A stretch of DNA of 59,820 bases from Acidimicrobiia bacterium (GCA_041744795.1 JBGTKD010000044.1:1-59820), one strand, 5' to 3'. Counted from the first letter of the stretch, positions 9,312-18,316 are shown. A program made the numbers and translations. The notes: a model not told the origin generated them from the sequence alone.

Positions 9312-9845
9312 ATGAACCGGAGATCCGGCGTGATCGGAGCAACGACAACCGGCGAGCATCTCGTCTGCCTTGAAACCTTCGAGGCCTTTTACCGGCGTGA
9401 GTTCCGCAAGTTGGTCGCGTTCGTGCTTGCCCTCTCGGGCAGTAGGGCAGCAGCCGAGGATCTGGCTCAGGAAGCGCTCATGGTGGCGCACGCCCAGTGG
9501 GAGAGGGTGTCTGTGATGGATCGACCGGATGCATGGGTACGCCGAGTGGCGTCGAACATGGCGGTGAGTATGTATCGCCGGCGCATGGCGGAGTTGAAAG
9601 CGGTCACTCGCCTCGCCGGTCACCGCCAAGACTCCATCGCTCCTATGGAACCTGACGATGAAGCCTTCTGGAAGGCAGTGCGGTCACTACCGAAGAACCA
9701 GGCGACTGCCATCGCTTTGCACTACCTCGAGGACCGCCCGGTTAGCGACATCGCCGAAGTGCTCGACTGCAGCCCGTCCACCGCCAAGGTCCATCTCCAC
9801 CGGGGTCGCAAGGCCCTCGCCGAGAGGTTGGAGGTGAGGTCGTGA
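9312..9845 (+). CDS. ECF RNA polymerase sigma factor (SigE-like), second copy
   Basis: FEAFYRRE, AAEDLAQEAL, PDAWVRRVASN; region 4 LPKNQATAIALHYLEDRPVSDIAEVLDCSPSTAKVHLHRGR. Confidence 0.92.
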   Translation: MNRRSGVIGATTTGEHLVCLETFEAFYRREFRKLVAFVLALSGSRAAAEDLAQEALMVAHAQWERVSVMDRPDAWVRRVASNMAVSMYRRRMAELKAVTRLAGHRQDSIAPMEPDDEAFWKAVRSLPKNQATAIALHYLEDRPVSDIAEVLDCSPSTAKVHLHRGRKALAERLEVRS

Positions 9846-10723
9846 TGGATCTCGACACCCGGGCACGAGATGCGGCCGACGGTTTGCGTCGTTCGGTGGC
9901 CGAATCGAACCTCACCTTGACCGAGCCGCCCTCGGTCCGCACGCGTACTTGGAACCCGGCGTGGGCGATGGCAGCCGGCGCGATCACCGCGTTCGTGCTC
10001 GTATTCGGTATCTGGTCGCTGCGGCCGACCGTGGTGGCGGACGACCTCGAGACAACCACGACGACCATCGAAGTAACGACCACAACCGCTCTGCCAACGA
10101 CGACAACGGCTCCGTTACAGGAGACTTCGGTTGCCCCCGCCCCGGTTCCGGCCGCGCCGGTCGTGTTCATTACGATCGCCTCTCCGGTTGACGGCCAGGT
10201 GTTCACGGAGAGTCACATCACTTTTAGCGGAACAACCGAGCCAGGAGCTCGCGTGTTCGGCGGCCCGTACGAAGCCACAGTCGATGAGACAGGTAACTGG
10301 TCGATCCTGCTGATCCTTTCGGAAGGCTCGAACACAGCCACGTTCACTGCAGTCGATACGGCAGGCAATGAGGTTTCGGCGAGCGTCACCGCTGTCTATC
10401 AACCCGTCAAGGAACCGCCCAAGGAACCTGTCAAAGACCCGCTTAAGGAGCCCGTCAAAGACCCGGCCCCATTCGCGGCTTACGCCATGTTCACCGAGAC
10501 GAATGGAGACCCGGCTTACGGCGAGTACTACGGAACCGGCCAGCCCGGGAGCCTCGTCATGGCAGTCTCGGCCTGGGGGAGTAGCGAGACAGTGGTCAAC
10601 GCGGATGGCAACTGGAATCTGAAGGCAACCTTCAAGAATGCGCCGATCGGGACTCAGTTTGAGGTCAAGGTCAAAGATGATTTCGGCCGTTACGTCTACT
10701 TTCCAATGTCCAGGACTTCTTGA
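9842..10723 (+). CDS. Putative single-TM anti-sigma factor with extracellular Ig-like domains
   Basis: GTGA overlap with the sigma; short N-terminal helix, TM, Thr-rich stalk, Ig-like domain (ITIASP...SGTTEPGA...GSN...AVDTAGN), KEP linker, and a C-terminal domain homologous to the 8064-9173 repeats. Confidence 0.7.
   Translation: MMDLDTRARDAADGLRRSVAESNLTLTEPPSVRTRTWNPAWAMAAGAITAFVLVFGIWSLRPTVVADDLETTTTTIEVTTTTALPTTTTAPLQETSVAPAPVPAAPVVFITIASPVDGQVFTESHITFSGTTEPGARVFGGPYEATVDETGNWSILLILSEGSNTATFTAVDTAGNEVSASVTAVYQPVKEPPKEPVKDPLKEPVKDPAPFAAYAMFTETNGDPAYGEYYGTGQPGSLVMAVSAWGSSETVVNADGNWNLKATFKNAPIGTQFEVKVKDDFGRYVYFPMSRTS
10406..10465 (+). repeat. In-frame 12-nt tandem repeat x5 encoding [VPL]K[ED]P
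   Basis: GTCAAGGAACCG CCCAAGGAACCT GTCAAAGACCCG CTTAAGGAGCCC GTCAAAGACCCG. Confidence 0.7.
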
Positions 10724-10739
10724 CGGTCATCTCGGCTGG

Positions 10740-10765
10740 GGAACCATCGTCTCGACAAGTTCGTC
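10740..10765 (+). promoter_or_regulatory. ECF-type promoter GGAACC-N16-CGTC
   Basis: GGAACC ATCGTCTCGACAAGTT CGTC; same TTCGTC -10 as motif A, with a classical GGAAC -35. Confidence 0.5.
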
Positions 10766-10793
10766 TCACTTCTATCAAGTGAGAGGACTGACA

Positions 10794-12107
10794 ATGACGA
10801 AGTCGTGGAAACTCGCCGCTGTGATAGCGCTGCTGATCAGCGCCTGCACCGGCTCCGGTGACTCCTCCGAATTGTTCAACGTATCCGATGGGTCGCCCGC
10901 TTCCCCAACGACGACGATGGCAGCCGACGACCGCGCGGGTGGCGAAGGCGACGTCGACGAAGAACAACCCTCGTCTGACCTCGAAAGTGGGGGAGTGGTG
11001 GCCACTCCACTGATTCAAACCGCAGCCGATCTGGGTCGAGACATCATTTTCATAGCTGACATGACAGTCGCCGTGAACGACGTTGCCGAAGCCGGGAACG
11101 AGGCCACCCAACGGATTCAAACCCTTGGTGGATTCCTGTTCGGACAGCGCACCACCGCCAGTCCGGACGCGCGCAGCGTCCTCGTGTTCAAGGTCTTCCC
11201 CGAGGACTTTCAGGAGGCTCTCGTCCGGCTCGGCTCGATCGGCGAACTGCGGAGCCAGAACGTGACGGCCGACGACGTGACCGAACGAGTAGTCGATATT
11301 CGCAGCCGTATCACGACCGCCGAGGCGAGCGTCGAGCGGCTCCGCGGGTTCTTGGAAGCTGCCACGGACATCAAGACGATCGCCGATCTCGAGAATCAAC
11401 TCCTTCAGCGCGAGACTCAGTTGGAGACACTCCGCGGTCAGCTCCGAACTTTGGAAGATGCCGTCTCGCTGGCGACGATCACGCTGACGATCACCGAGAA
11501 CACCGTCCGACCCGGCGTGCGCGTCGACGTGACCGCCTATCCGGGCGCCGACGACGAGGGTTTGGCCTGTCCTGGCAGCTCCTCTCTCACTGTCGATCAG
11601 CGGACGGCGGTAACTGTGTGCTTCGAGATCGTGAACGTAGGGGACACCGATCTGACCTCATTCACGCTGCGCGACCCCGTGATTGGCGTTTCCGACGAAG
11701 ACCTCATCCCGGTCTTCGGGGACATGTCTCAGATCCTGGAGCCCGGCCAGTCCATCGTCATGGCAGCCCAGATCATCGCTGATCGCAGTTGGCGAACCCA
11801 GACGAGTGTTACCGCTCTTCCGGTAGACGACGACGGAACAGTCCGTGAAGGCCGGTCGGTGGCAAACGTGGCCACAATGTCGATCAGTGCCGTGGATCCG
11901 GGTGGTGTTCCCGGTTTTGGCGAAGGTCTGGAGCGCAGTTTCGAACTGCTCGTCCTGCTTGCCCAGCTCGCTGTCTACTTACTGGCGGCTCTCCTCCCGT
12001 TCTTCTGGATCCCGCTGGGTATTTGGTGGCTGATGCGCCGACGCCCCCCACAAGTTCCACAAGATGCCGAAGAGAGCGAAGAGTCAGAGCCCGTTACAAC
12101 CGGCTGA
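10794..12107 (+). CDS. DUF4349-domain lipoprotein with extra Ig-like domain and C-terminal TM
   Basis: Lipobox ISAC; IIFIADMTV...DVTERVVD...RL...IADLENQL...LETLRGQ...LATITL coiled-coil pattern of DUF4349; C-terminal LLPF..IPLGIWWL-RRR. Confidence 0.78.
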   Translation: MTKSWKLAAVIALLISACTGSGDSSELFNVSDGSPASPTTTMAADDRAGGEGDVDEEQPSSDLESGGVVATPLIQTAADLGRDIIFIADMTVAVNDVAEAGNEATQRIQTLGGFLFGQRTTASPDARSVLVFKVFPEDFQEALVRLGSIGELRSQNVTADDVTERVVDIRSRITTAEASVERLRGFLEAATDIKTIADLENQLLQRETQLETLRGQLRTLEDAVSLATITLTITENTVRPGVRVDVTAYPGADDEGLACPGSSSLTVDQRTAVTVCFEIVNVGDTDLTSFTLRDPVIGVSDEDLIPVFGDMSQILEPGQSIVMAAQIIADRSWRTQTSVTALPVDDDGTVREGRSVANVATMSISAVDPGGVPGFGEGLERSFELLVLLAQLAVYLLAALLPFFWIPLGIWWLMRRRPPQVPQDAEESEESEPVTTG

Positions 12108-12111
12108 ACGC

Positions 12112-12138
12112 GTCACCCGAATCGCGCCTCCTTTCGTC
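12112..12138 (+). promoter_or_regulatory. ECF promoter motif A, copy 3
   Basis: GTCACCC GAATCGCGCCTCCTTT CGTC TGTA. Confidence 0.7.
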
Positions 12139-12158
12139 TGTAGTTCGAAAGGAGGCGC
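12124..12158 (+). promoter_or_regulatory. 13-bp stem-loop sequestering the SD of the downstream gene
   Basis: GCGCCTCCTTTCG-TCTGTAGTT-CGAAAGGAGGCGC; the right arm contains SD AAAGGAGG. Confidence 0.7.
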
Positions 12159-12160
12159 AA

Positions 12161-12772
12161 ATGACGCAACGAGTAGGTGCCCTGTGCGGGCTGGCATTTG
12201 TCGGACTGCTGGTGTGGTCGTTCTCAATCCACGCCGGTTTCGAGGCTTCTCCGGAGAATTCCGACCTCGTGATCATGGCCGAGATGAGTGATGTGGGAGA
12301 TGACGCGGGTACGGCGACGGTCATCGCCATGTTCTCGATCCCGTTCCTGTTGGCGTTCGGTGGGTTCGTACGTGATCGATTCGCGCGCAGCGGTGTTCCC
12401 GGTTGGCTGGGTGCTGTTTTCCTGTCGGGGTCTGTCCTGCTCGCTGTGGCGCTGATGTTGATCATGGCCATGGGTCAAATGGCCTCGACGGTTGGAGGTA
12501 TCGCTGGTGGCGAAGCCATCGCCCGACTGGTCATTGTCTATGGGTGGAACAGTTCGACGCTATTTGTCCCGGCGCTATTCGCGATTGGTGCCAGCGCCCT
12601 TTTTGCGACGATTGAGGCAGGAGCGCTTCCGCGGCCCGTCGGGTATGGCGCCGCGCTCGTAGCGGTGTCGGCCCTTGCTCCGTGGGTGGGGTTTCTCGTG
12701 CTCTTGGCGTGGATCGCAGTGACCAGCTTGGTGCTGGCGCGCGAACCTGCCGACGAGTTGGTCACCGTGTAA
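12161..12772 (+). CDS. Multi-pass membrane protein (about 6 TM), unknown function
   Basis: Strong SD AAAGGAGG, ATG 12161; hydrophobic throughout. Confidence 0.7.
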   Translation: MTQRVGALCGLAFVGLLVWSFSIHAGFEASPENSDLVIMAEMSDVGDDAGTATVIAMFSIPFLLAFGGFVRDRFARSGVPGWLGAVFLSGSVLLAVALMLIMAMGQMASTVGGIAGGEAIARLVIVYGWNSSTLFVPALFAIGASALFATIEAGALPRPVGYGAALVAVSALAPWVGFLVLLAWIAVTSLVLAREPADELVTV

Positions 12773-12778
12773 AGCATC

Positions 12779-12807
12779 TTGCGTATCGAACACATGTTCG
12801 ATACGGT
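12779..12807 (+). promoter_or_regulatory. Sigma70/SigA promoter with LexA SOS box in the spacer
   Basis: -35 TTGCGT, 17-nt spacer containing TCGAAC-ACAT-GTTCGA (12786-12801), -10 TACGGT; matches the actinobacterial LexA consensus. Confidence 0.9.
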
Positions 12808-12855
12808 GTCTGGTTCCGGGCGCGCTGTCCGGGACCAGACATCAGGAGTGGGTGC

Positions 12856-13527
12856 TTGTCTTCTACGGCGGTTCGAACCGAGGTCCTGGCGGGGACGATG
12901 GATCGATGGGACTTGCGGACGCGCCTACGGGAACGGGATTCCGATCTGCTGGTCCTCCAACCCGGACGACCCGTCGAATTGACCGGCCCGGTCGGGTTCG
13001 GGCTGACCCGGATCGGATATCGCATGCTGGCCGCACCCTCTCTGGCCTCTCCGGTAGTCATCCTCGATGTTCGAGGATGGGCTTCTCCCCAGGCGGCCTG
13101 GGAGACGGGTGTCAGGATGCCGATCATCGTGCGTTGTTCTGATCCGACCGTTTGGCCCAAGGTGGCGGCCGCTCTGTTGGAAGGGGTTCCGGCCATGTAT
13201 GCCGAGATCCCCGGGGGGATCAGGGACCAGGACCTTCGTCGTCTTGCTGCCCTCGTTCGTGCCCGCCAGGGAAGGGTGGTGTTTCGACCGTTGACCGGAG
13301 GGTTGCCAACCGGCGTGGGATACCTGCGTTTGCGCGCCAGCCAGGTTCGCTGGGACGGCCCGGACAGTGGTCATGGACGGTTGATCGAGCGACGTCTCGT
13401 ATTGGAGGCATCCGGAAAAGGCGTGGCCGGAATGAACCGGACAATCGAGGTGAACGATGCCGGAACCCACAATCTGCGTGTGGTGTCCGACCTGGCCGCT
13501 GAGTCGGCCGGACGCTCCTTCGGATAG
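12856..13527 (+). CDS. imuA: ImuA'-like RecA-fold mutasome accessory protein
   Basis: Lies behind the SOS box and directly upstream of imuB; degenerate P-loop (GPVGFGLT), AAALLEG, RRLAALVR, W.G...GHGRL..R motifs of actinobacterial ImuA'; SD AGGAG before TTG 12856. Confidence 0.75.
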   Translation: MSSTAVRTEVLAGTMDRWDLRTRLRERDSDLLVLQPGRPVELTGPVGFGLTRIGYRMLAAPSLASPVVILDVRGWASPQAAWETGVRMPIIVRCSDPTVWPKVAAALLEGVPAMYAEIPGGIRDQDLRRLAALVRARQGRVVFRPLTGGLPTGVGYLRLRASQVRWDGPDSGHGRLIERRLVLEASGKGVAGMNRTIEVNDAGTHNLRVVSDLAAESAGRSFG

Positions 13528-14929
13528 GGCTGTCATAGTCGTTGGTGCTCCCCACAAAGGGGTGTCCCGTGTTGTCGCGGCTGATGAGCTTGCTTCGGGT
13601 GTCACCCGCGGCATGCCTCGCCGGGAGGCGGAGGGATTGTGTCCCGGGGCAACCGTTTTGTTACGTGACCTCGAAGAAGAGGCGCGACGTTTCGAACCCG
13701 TGATTCGCATGATCGAAGAACTCGTACCGCGGGTCGAGGTCGTCGAGCCCGGTCTGATCCTTGTTCCGGTCAGTGGCGCCCTCAGGTATTACGGGGATAG
13801 TCGGGCGGTGGCAGACCTCATCGATGGCAAGTTGCGTGCCGGGGGCATAGACGCCCGGATCGGCTTGGCGGATGGCCCGTTCGCAGCCACCTGGGCGGCA
13901 CGTACGGCATCCGTCGACGGCCCAAACCTGGTTGCCGACACCCGGTCGTTCCTAGCCAACCTCGACATTTCTGTCATCGATCACGACGATCTCGTTGCGA
14001 CCTTCCGCTGGCTGGGAGTCACCACTCTGGGATCGCTCGCCGGGCTGCCGCGGGATGCAGTTGCTTCCCGGTTCGGCGATCTCGGGCTGTCTGTTCATCG
14101 ATTGGCCCACGGCGAGGACCGCCAGATCGACCCTCGCAGGATTCCACCGGAACTGGCGGTCGAATCGAAGTGGGAGGAGCCGCTGGAGTTGTTGGACCAG
14201 GTGGCGTTTGCGGCCCGGGCTCTGGCTGTGAAACTCGTTGCCGGTCTCAGACAGGAGGGAATTGCCCCGCATCGGATCGTCGTCGAGGCAGAGACCGACG
14301 ACGGCGAGACGCGTTCGCGGGTATGGCGCTCGTCGGATCCCTTCACAGAGGATGCGCTGTCGGAGCGAGTCCGTTGGCAGCTTCAGGCCTGGATCGACGA
14401 ACGACGCCGTACCGGCGGGGGAATCGTCCGGTTACGGCTGGATCCATCGGATCTTTCCGGAGAAGGTAGACAGTTGGGTTTCTTCACTGATGAGGCTGCC
14501 AGAGTCGAGGCCGAGCGAGCGTTGGCTCGTGTCCAGACCCTTGTGGGACCGGACGGGGTACTGGAGGCGGTGGCACAGGGCGGCCGGCTGCCAGCGGAAC
14601 AGGTTGCCTGGTACCGATGGCAGGAACAAGCCGTGGTGACCCGCGACCCGATGGCGCCATGGCCAGGGGCAACTCCCGGGCCTTCTCCTGCCCTCGTTCC
14701 GCCCGAACTCCGGCCCCTGGAAGTCGAATGGGACGGCCCGTACCCGGTCAGGGTTCGGCTGGGGACCAGATGGGAACCAGTGCTCAACTGGGCGGGACCG
14801 TGGCGGATGACAGGTTCATGGTGGAAAGGAGACCAGGCCATCGATCGCTACCAGTTGGTGACCTCGGTCGGTGCTTTCCTCTGCGTGGTCCGCAACGGCC
14901 ACACCTTCTTGGCAGGTGTCTACGACTGA
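13457..14929 (+). CDS. imuB: ImuB, inactive Y-family polymerase
   Basis: CVWCPTWP, GVTRGMPRREAEGLCP, EARRFEPV, LGVTTLG, beta-clamp-like QLGFF, PWPG, WAGPW...WW, C-terminal GVYD. Confidence 0.88.
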   Translation: MPEPTICVWCPTWPLSRPDAPSDRAVIVVGAPHKGVSRVVAADELASGVTRGMPRREAEGLCPGATVLLRDLEEEARRFEPVIRMIEELVPRVEVVEPGLILVPVSGALRYYGDSRAVADLIDGKLRAGGIDARIGLADGPFAATWAARTASVDGPNLVADTRSFLANLDISVIDHDDLVATFRWLGVTTLGSLAGLPRDAVASRFGDLGLSVHRLAHGEDRQIDPRRIPPELAVESKWEEPLELLDQVAFAARALAVKLVAGLRQEGIAPHRIVVEAETDDGETRSRVWRSSDPFTEDALSERVRWQLQAWIDERRRTGGGIVRLRLDPSDLSGEGRQLGFFTDEAARVEAERALARVQTLVGPDGVLEAVAQGGRLPAEQVAWYRWQEQAVVTRDPMAPWPGATPGPSPALVPPELRPLEVEWDGPYPVRVRLGTRWEPVLNWAGPWRMTGSWWKGDQAIDRYQLVTSVGAFLCVVRNGHTFLAGVYD

Positions 14930-15669
14930 CGAACGAATTCCGTCAGGTGGCTGGCGATGATGGCATGGGTCTCGATCCGAAGATTGTCCAACTCGGCGGG
15001 CGACAGGCCGTCGGTTTCGATCGCCTTGTCAATGATGACCGTGACGTGTGAGTTGCCTTTGATCCATGGACTATTTGGCTTCCATGCCTCCCACGTCCCA
15101 TGGATGGTCACCGGCAGGATGGGCATACCTGCGGCCGACGCCATGGCGAAGGCCCCCTTCTTGAAGGGTTGAAGATCCCCGTGATAGCTACGAGTCCCTT
15201 CCGGGTAGATGATGAGCGAGTGGCCGCGTTCGATGACCGGCTTCGACTGCAGATTCACCGACGCGATCGCCGCTGCCCGTCCACTGCGATCGACTTCCAC
15301 GATCCCGACAGCGCGCATCGCTTGAGCCAAGATCGGAACATTGAACAACTCCTTTTTGGCGAGGTACCGGATCGGCAGGGGGATAGCGGAGAAGCAAGCA
15401 ACGACATCGAGATTGGAGATGTGGTTCGCGACCACCACGTGCGATCTGTTCGTATCGACATTCTCAGCACCTCTTACCTCCAAGGTGCAACGGGCAGCCT
15501 TCAACCATCGTTGGGCCCACCACTCGATAAGTCTCTCGATTCGAGGATCGCTGGGATTTCTCGACCCGAGGAACCAGGCGACCATGCCGGCGCCGAGCGT
15601 CGTGTAGGCGGCGGTGAACGCGAAGACGAGTGTCCGAGGAACGGTCCTCAAGTACGAGAACATGAACAT
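14920..15669 (-). CDS. plsC: 1-acyl-sn-glycerol-3-phosphate acyltransferase (PlsC family)
   Basis: NHISNLD, AKKEL, VDR, YPEGTRS, FKKGAF motifs; start at 15669 or 15663. Confidence 0.88.
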   Translation of the reverse strand: MFMFSYLRTVPRTLVFAFTAAYTTLGAGMVAWFLGSRNPSDPRIERLIEWWAQRWLKAARCTLEVRGAENVDTNRSHVVVANHISNLDVVACFSAIPLPIRYLAKKELFNVPILAQAMRAVGIVEVDRSGRAAAIASVNLQSKPVIERGHSLIIYPEGTRSYHGDLQPFKKGAFAMASAAGMPILPVTIHGTWEAWKPNSPWIKGNSHVTVIIDKAIETDGLSPAELDNLRIETHAIIASHLTEFVRQS

Positions 15670-15715
15670 GTCAGCGTACAGAGCAGTCCCCGGTGACGCC
15701 GATACCCTGCCTTGC

Positions 15716-16255
15716 ATGACTCACCAGGGAAAGGCCGCACTGCGACGCCAATTACGGGGACGTCCTCCGGTTAGCGCGGAGGAGTCTGCTGCCGTGACAA
15801 CGCAGCTTCGCCGCTGGTTAGCCGACCGACCAGGCAACGTCCTCATATACCTCCCGATGCCAGGCGAGTTGGATGTGACAGGTGTCGTGGACGAGCGTCA
15901 TCGGTGGTTTGTGACGCGTACCCCTCCGGATGACCTGCCGCTGACCGTTCACCCCATCGAAGCGCCGCGCGAGGTGCACCGCTTGGGATATGACCAGCCC
16001 GTGGCAGACAGCGAAACGCTTGACCCGGGTTCTCTGGACATTGTTCTCACACCGTCGCTGTCGCTTGCTCGGGATGGGACCCGCCTCGGGTGGGGAAAGG
16101 GCTATTACGACCGTCTGTTTGCCGCGGCGACGAGCGCGGTGGCGGTCGGTGTCACATTGGAGCGACTGCTCGTCGACTCCCTACCGACTGAAATCCACGA
16201 CCGTCGGATGGACTGGCTGGCCACCGAGAGAGGGGTCGGATCCGTCACCGACTGA
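15716..16255 (+). CDS. 5-formyltetrahydrofolate cyclo-ligase
   Basis: KAALR, GELD, RLGWGKGYYDR, LPTEIHD..MD..ATE; leaderless TACCCT-N7-ATG. Confidence 0.88.
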   Translation: MTHQGKAALRRQLRGRPPVSAEESAAVTTQLRRWLADRPGNVLIYLPMPGELDVTGVVDERHRWFVTRTPPDDLPLTVHPIEAPREVHRLGYDQPVADSETLDPGSLDIVLTPSLSLARDGTRLGWGKGYYDRLFAAATSAVAVGVTLERLLVDSLPTEIHDRRMDWLATERGVGSVTD

Positions 16256-16262
16256 CTGGGTC

Positions 16263-16994
16263 TTAGGATCGATTGACCAGGACCGGCGCAAGAAGTTCAA
16301 AGGCGACTTCGGCCCAGACCTTGTGTCCTTCTTCGTTGGGGTGGAATAAGTCAGGCGCGAACACTGATCGATCCCTGAACCGGGTCGCCGCCCACGCCCA
16401 CTGGTCCGCCACCAGTGCTCCATGACTTTCGGCTACGACGCCATGGATGCGGTTCATGGCTTGTCCTCGACGACGAGCCGCCGTCGAGAGAAGGAGAGGC
16501 AGGCGAGGGACATTTCCGATATCCCCTACGCCACTGAGGGCCACGATCGGGAACTCTGCGGCCAAACGCTCGGTGATCGTTCGGAGGGCTTCTTCGAAGA
16601 CCCGCAGCCCGACACCCCGCAGCGCGTCGTTGCCACCCACGGACACGAGAGCGATGTCGCCGCCACTCGCGATCGCAGGCTCGATCTGATCGCGCACAAG
16701 GTCGACCGCCCGTGAACCTCCAGTTGCAAACGAGACAACCTCGACGCGGAATCCATGAGTCCCCAGGCGCCTGGCGAGCACGCGCACCCAGATGTCACGG
16801 GGATCCGCGATGCCGGAGCCAGTGCAGCTGCTGTCGCCCAATACGACGATGCGCAACGGTTCACCGTCGTCTGGACCCTCGAATCCGCTCGGGTCGAGAT
16901 CAGGAAAAGTAGGTAGCGGTCGCCAGATGGCCCATGCCAACTGACCCGCGATCACCGCCAGCGCGGCTCCGGCCGACCTCGCTGCCAGCCTCAT
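16263..16994 (-). CDS. SGNH/GDSL hydrolase
   Basis: LGDS, G, GGND, DLFHP blocks. Confidence 0.88.
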   Translation of the reverse strand: MRLAARSAGAALAVIAGQLAWAIWRPLPTFPDLDPSGFEGPDDGEPLRIVVLGDSSCTGSGIADPRDIWVRVLARRLGTHGFRVEVVSFATGGSRAVDLVRDQIEPAIASGGDIALVSVGGNDALRGVGLRVFEEALRTITERLAAEFPIVALSGVGDIGNVPRLPLLLSTAARRRGQAMNRIHGVVAESHGALVADQWAWAATRFRDRSVFAPDLFHPNEEGHKVWAEVAFELLAPVLVNRS

Positions 16995-18316
16995 CGCTGT
17001 GTCTCCTCCACCGTCAGGACATATGCACCAGGACCGAACCCAGTTTCGTCAAAGACCGCGACGGCATACGAGCCAGTCTCGGAGGCGGTGTACTCGATCA
17101 TGGCGTCAAACCCTATGACCCCACCTGCGGAGTCGCTGTCGCTCTCGAACGCGCTCCCTGCGATGAAATCGATGAGCAGGGCCGCGTCGATGTTGATCGA
17201 ACTAGCGCGAACGGTCACCGTCTGTCCTTCCTCGAGTTCGAGCAGGAACCAGTCAAGGTCACCTGGGTAGTCCCCATTGCCGGCGACGGACGATCCCACC
17301 GCAACGGGGCGGCCGTGATCACGATCGATCCAGGCGTTCACCTCGACTCCAGACACCGTGACCTCTTCGACCGGACCGCTTTCGGGATAGACCACGATGA
17401 AGTGGGGACCGGCAAGCACGATCTCAGCTTCGAGCACCAGCAAGGTACCGGGCTCGTTGTTGGCGGCTTCGACGAACCCGTCGGGGCCGACGAGGTCGGC
17501 GTTGATGGTCGACGAACCGCGTATCTCAATGGTGATGTTGTCGCCGGGGATGCCGTCGAAGACGAACACTGTCTCATCGAGGATGTGGGCGATCGATCCG
17601 CTCGAACTCGGCCCACCCGTGAGGTCCCCGACGGCACGCAATCCGAGACCATCCGGGTCGCTTCCGTCCGTCATCGCTGAAACTCGCTGCTCCAGGTCGC
17701 TGGCAGCCAACGCCAACGCGAAACCGTCGCCGACGCTCAATCCCGAAATACCGATTATCCGACCTTGCTCGTCGACGAGGGCGCCTCCCGACTGCCCGCC
17801 CGAGATGAGAGCGTCGGACTGAATAAAGGACATTCCCGTCTCTGTCCAGAATCTGGTGCGTGAAACGATGCCCCTGGTTATGGCGGGGGAAGCAGATTGC
17901 TGGTTGTCGGCCGGGTATCCGACCAGGTAGACAGTCGTACCCGGCTCGGCTGGGCGGGTATGGAGCAACGCCGGTGGGGGAAGATCGGTGAGGCCTGACA
18001 CGTCGAGAAGCGCGAGGTCTGCCATCCAGTCGTATGCGATGACGGCCACGACCGCTGATAGACCCCCGGGGAAAGAAATCGTTACTTCTTCGGCCGGCCA
18101 GACAACGTGCGCGTTCGTTACGAGGCCTGCCTCGAGAAGTACTGCACTTCCGCGACCAATCGGCGTCTCGACGAAAGCGAGTGATGCGCTGACTAGTGAG
18201 TAAACGTCTGCCGCTCCGAGGGTGGTCGTCGTTGCCGGTGCGGTAGTGGTTGTAGTAGTCGTCATCGGAGCGGCCGAGCAGGCGACGACGAACAGAAGAA
18301 GGGCCGAGAACCGCAT
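16991..18316 (-). CDS. Trypsin-like serine protease lipoprotein with C-terminal PPC-like domains
   Basis: Lipobox VVAC; catalytic triad VTNAHVV / ADLALL / GQSGGAL; C-terminal D.D.F.LE...G.Y.L.V repeats. Confidence 0.82.
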   Translation of the reverse strand: MRFSALLLFVVACSAAPMTTTTTTTAPATTTTLGAADVYSLVSASLAFVETPIGRGSAVLLEAGLVTNAHVVWPAEEVTISFPGGLSAVVAVIAYDWMADLALLDVSGLTDLPPPALLHTRPAEPGTTVYLVGYPADNQQSASPAITRGIVSRTRFWTETGMSFIQSDALISGGQSGGALVDEQGRIIGISGLSVGDGFALALAASDLEQRVSAMTDGSDPDGLGLRAVGDLTGGPSSSGSIAHILDETVFVFDGIPGDNITIEIRGSSTINADLVGPDGFVEAANNEPGTLLVLEAEIVLAGPHFIVVYPESGPVEEVTVSGVEVNAWIDRDHGRPVAVGSSVAGNGDYPGDLDWFLLELEEGQTVTVRASSINIDAALLIDFIAGSAFESDSDSAGGVIGFDAMIEYTASETGSYAVAVFDETGFGPGAYVLTVEETQR

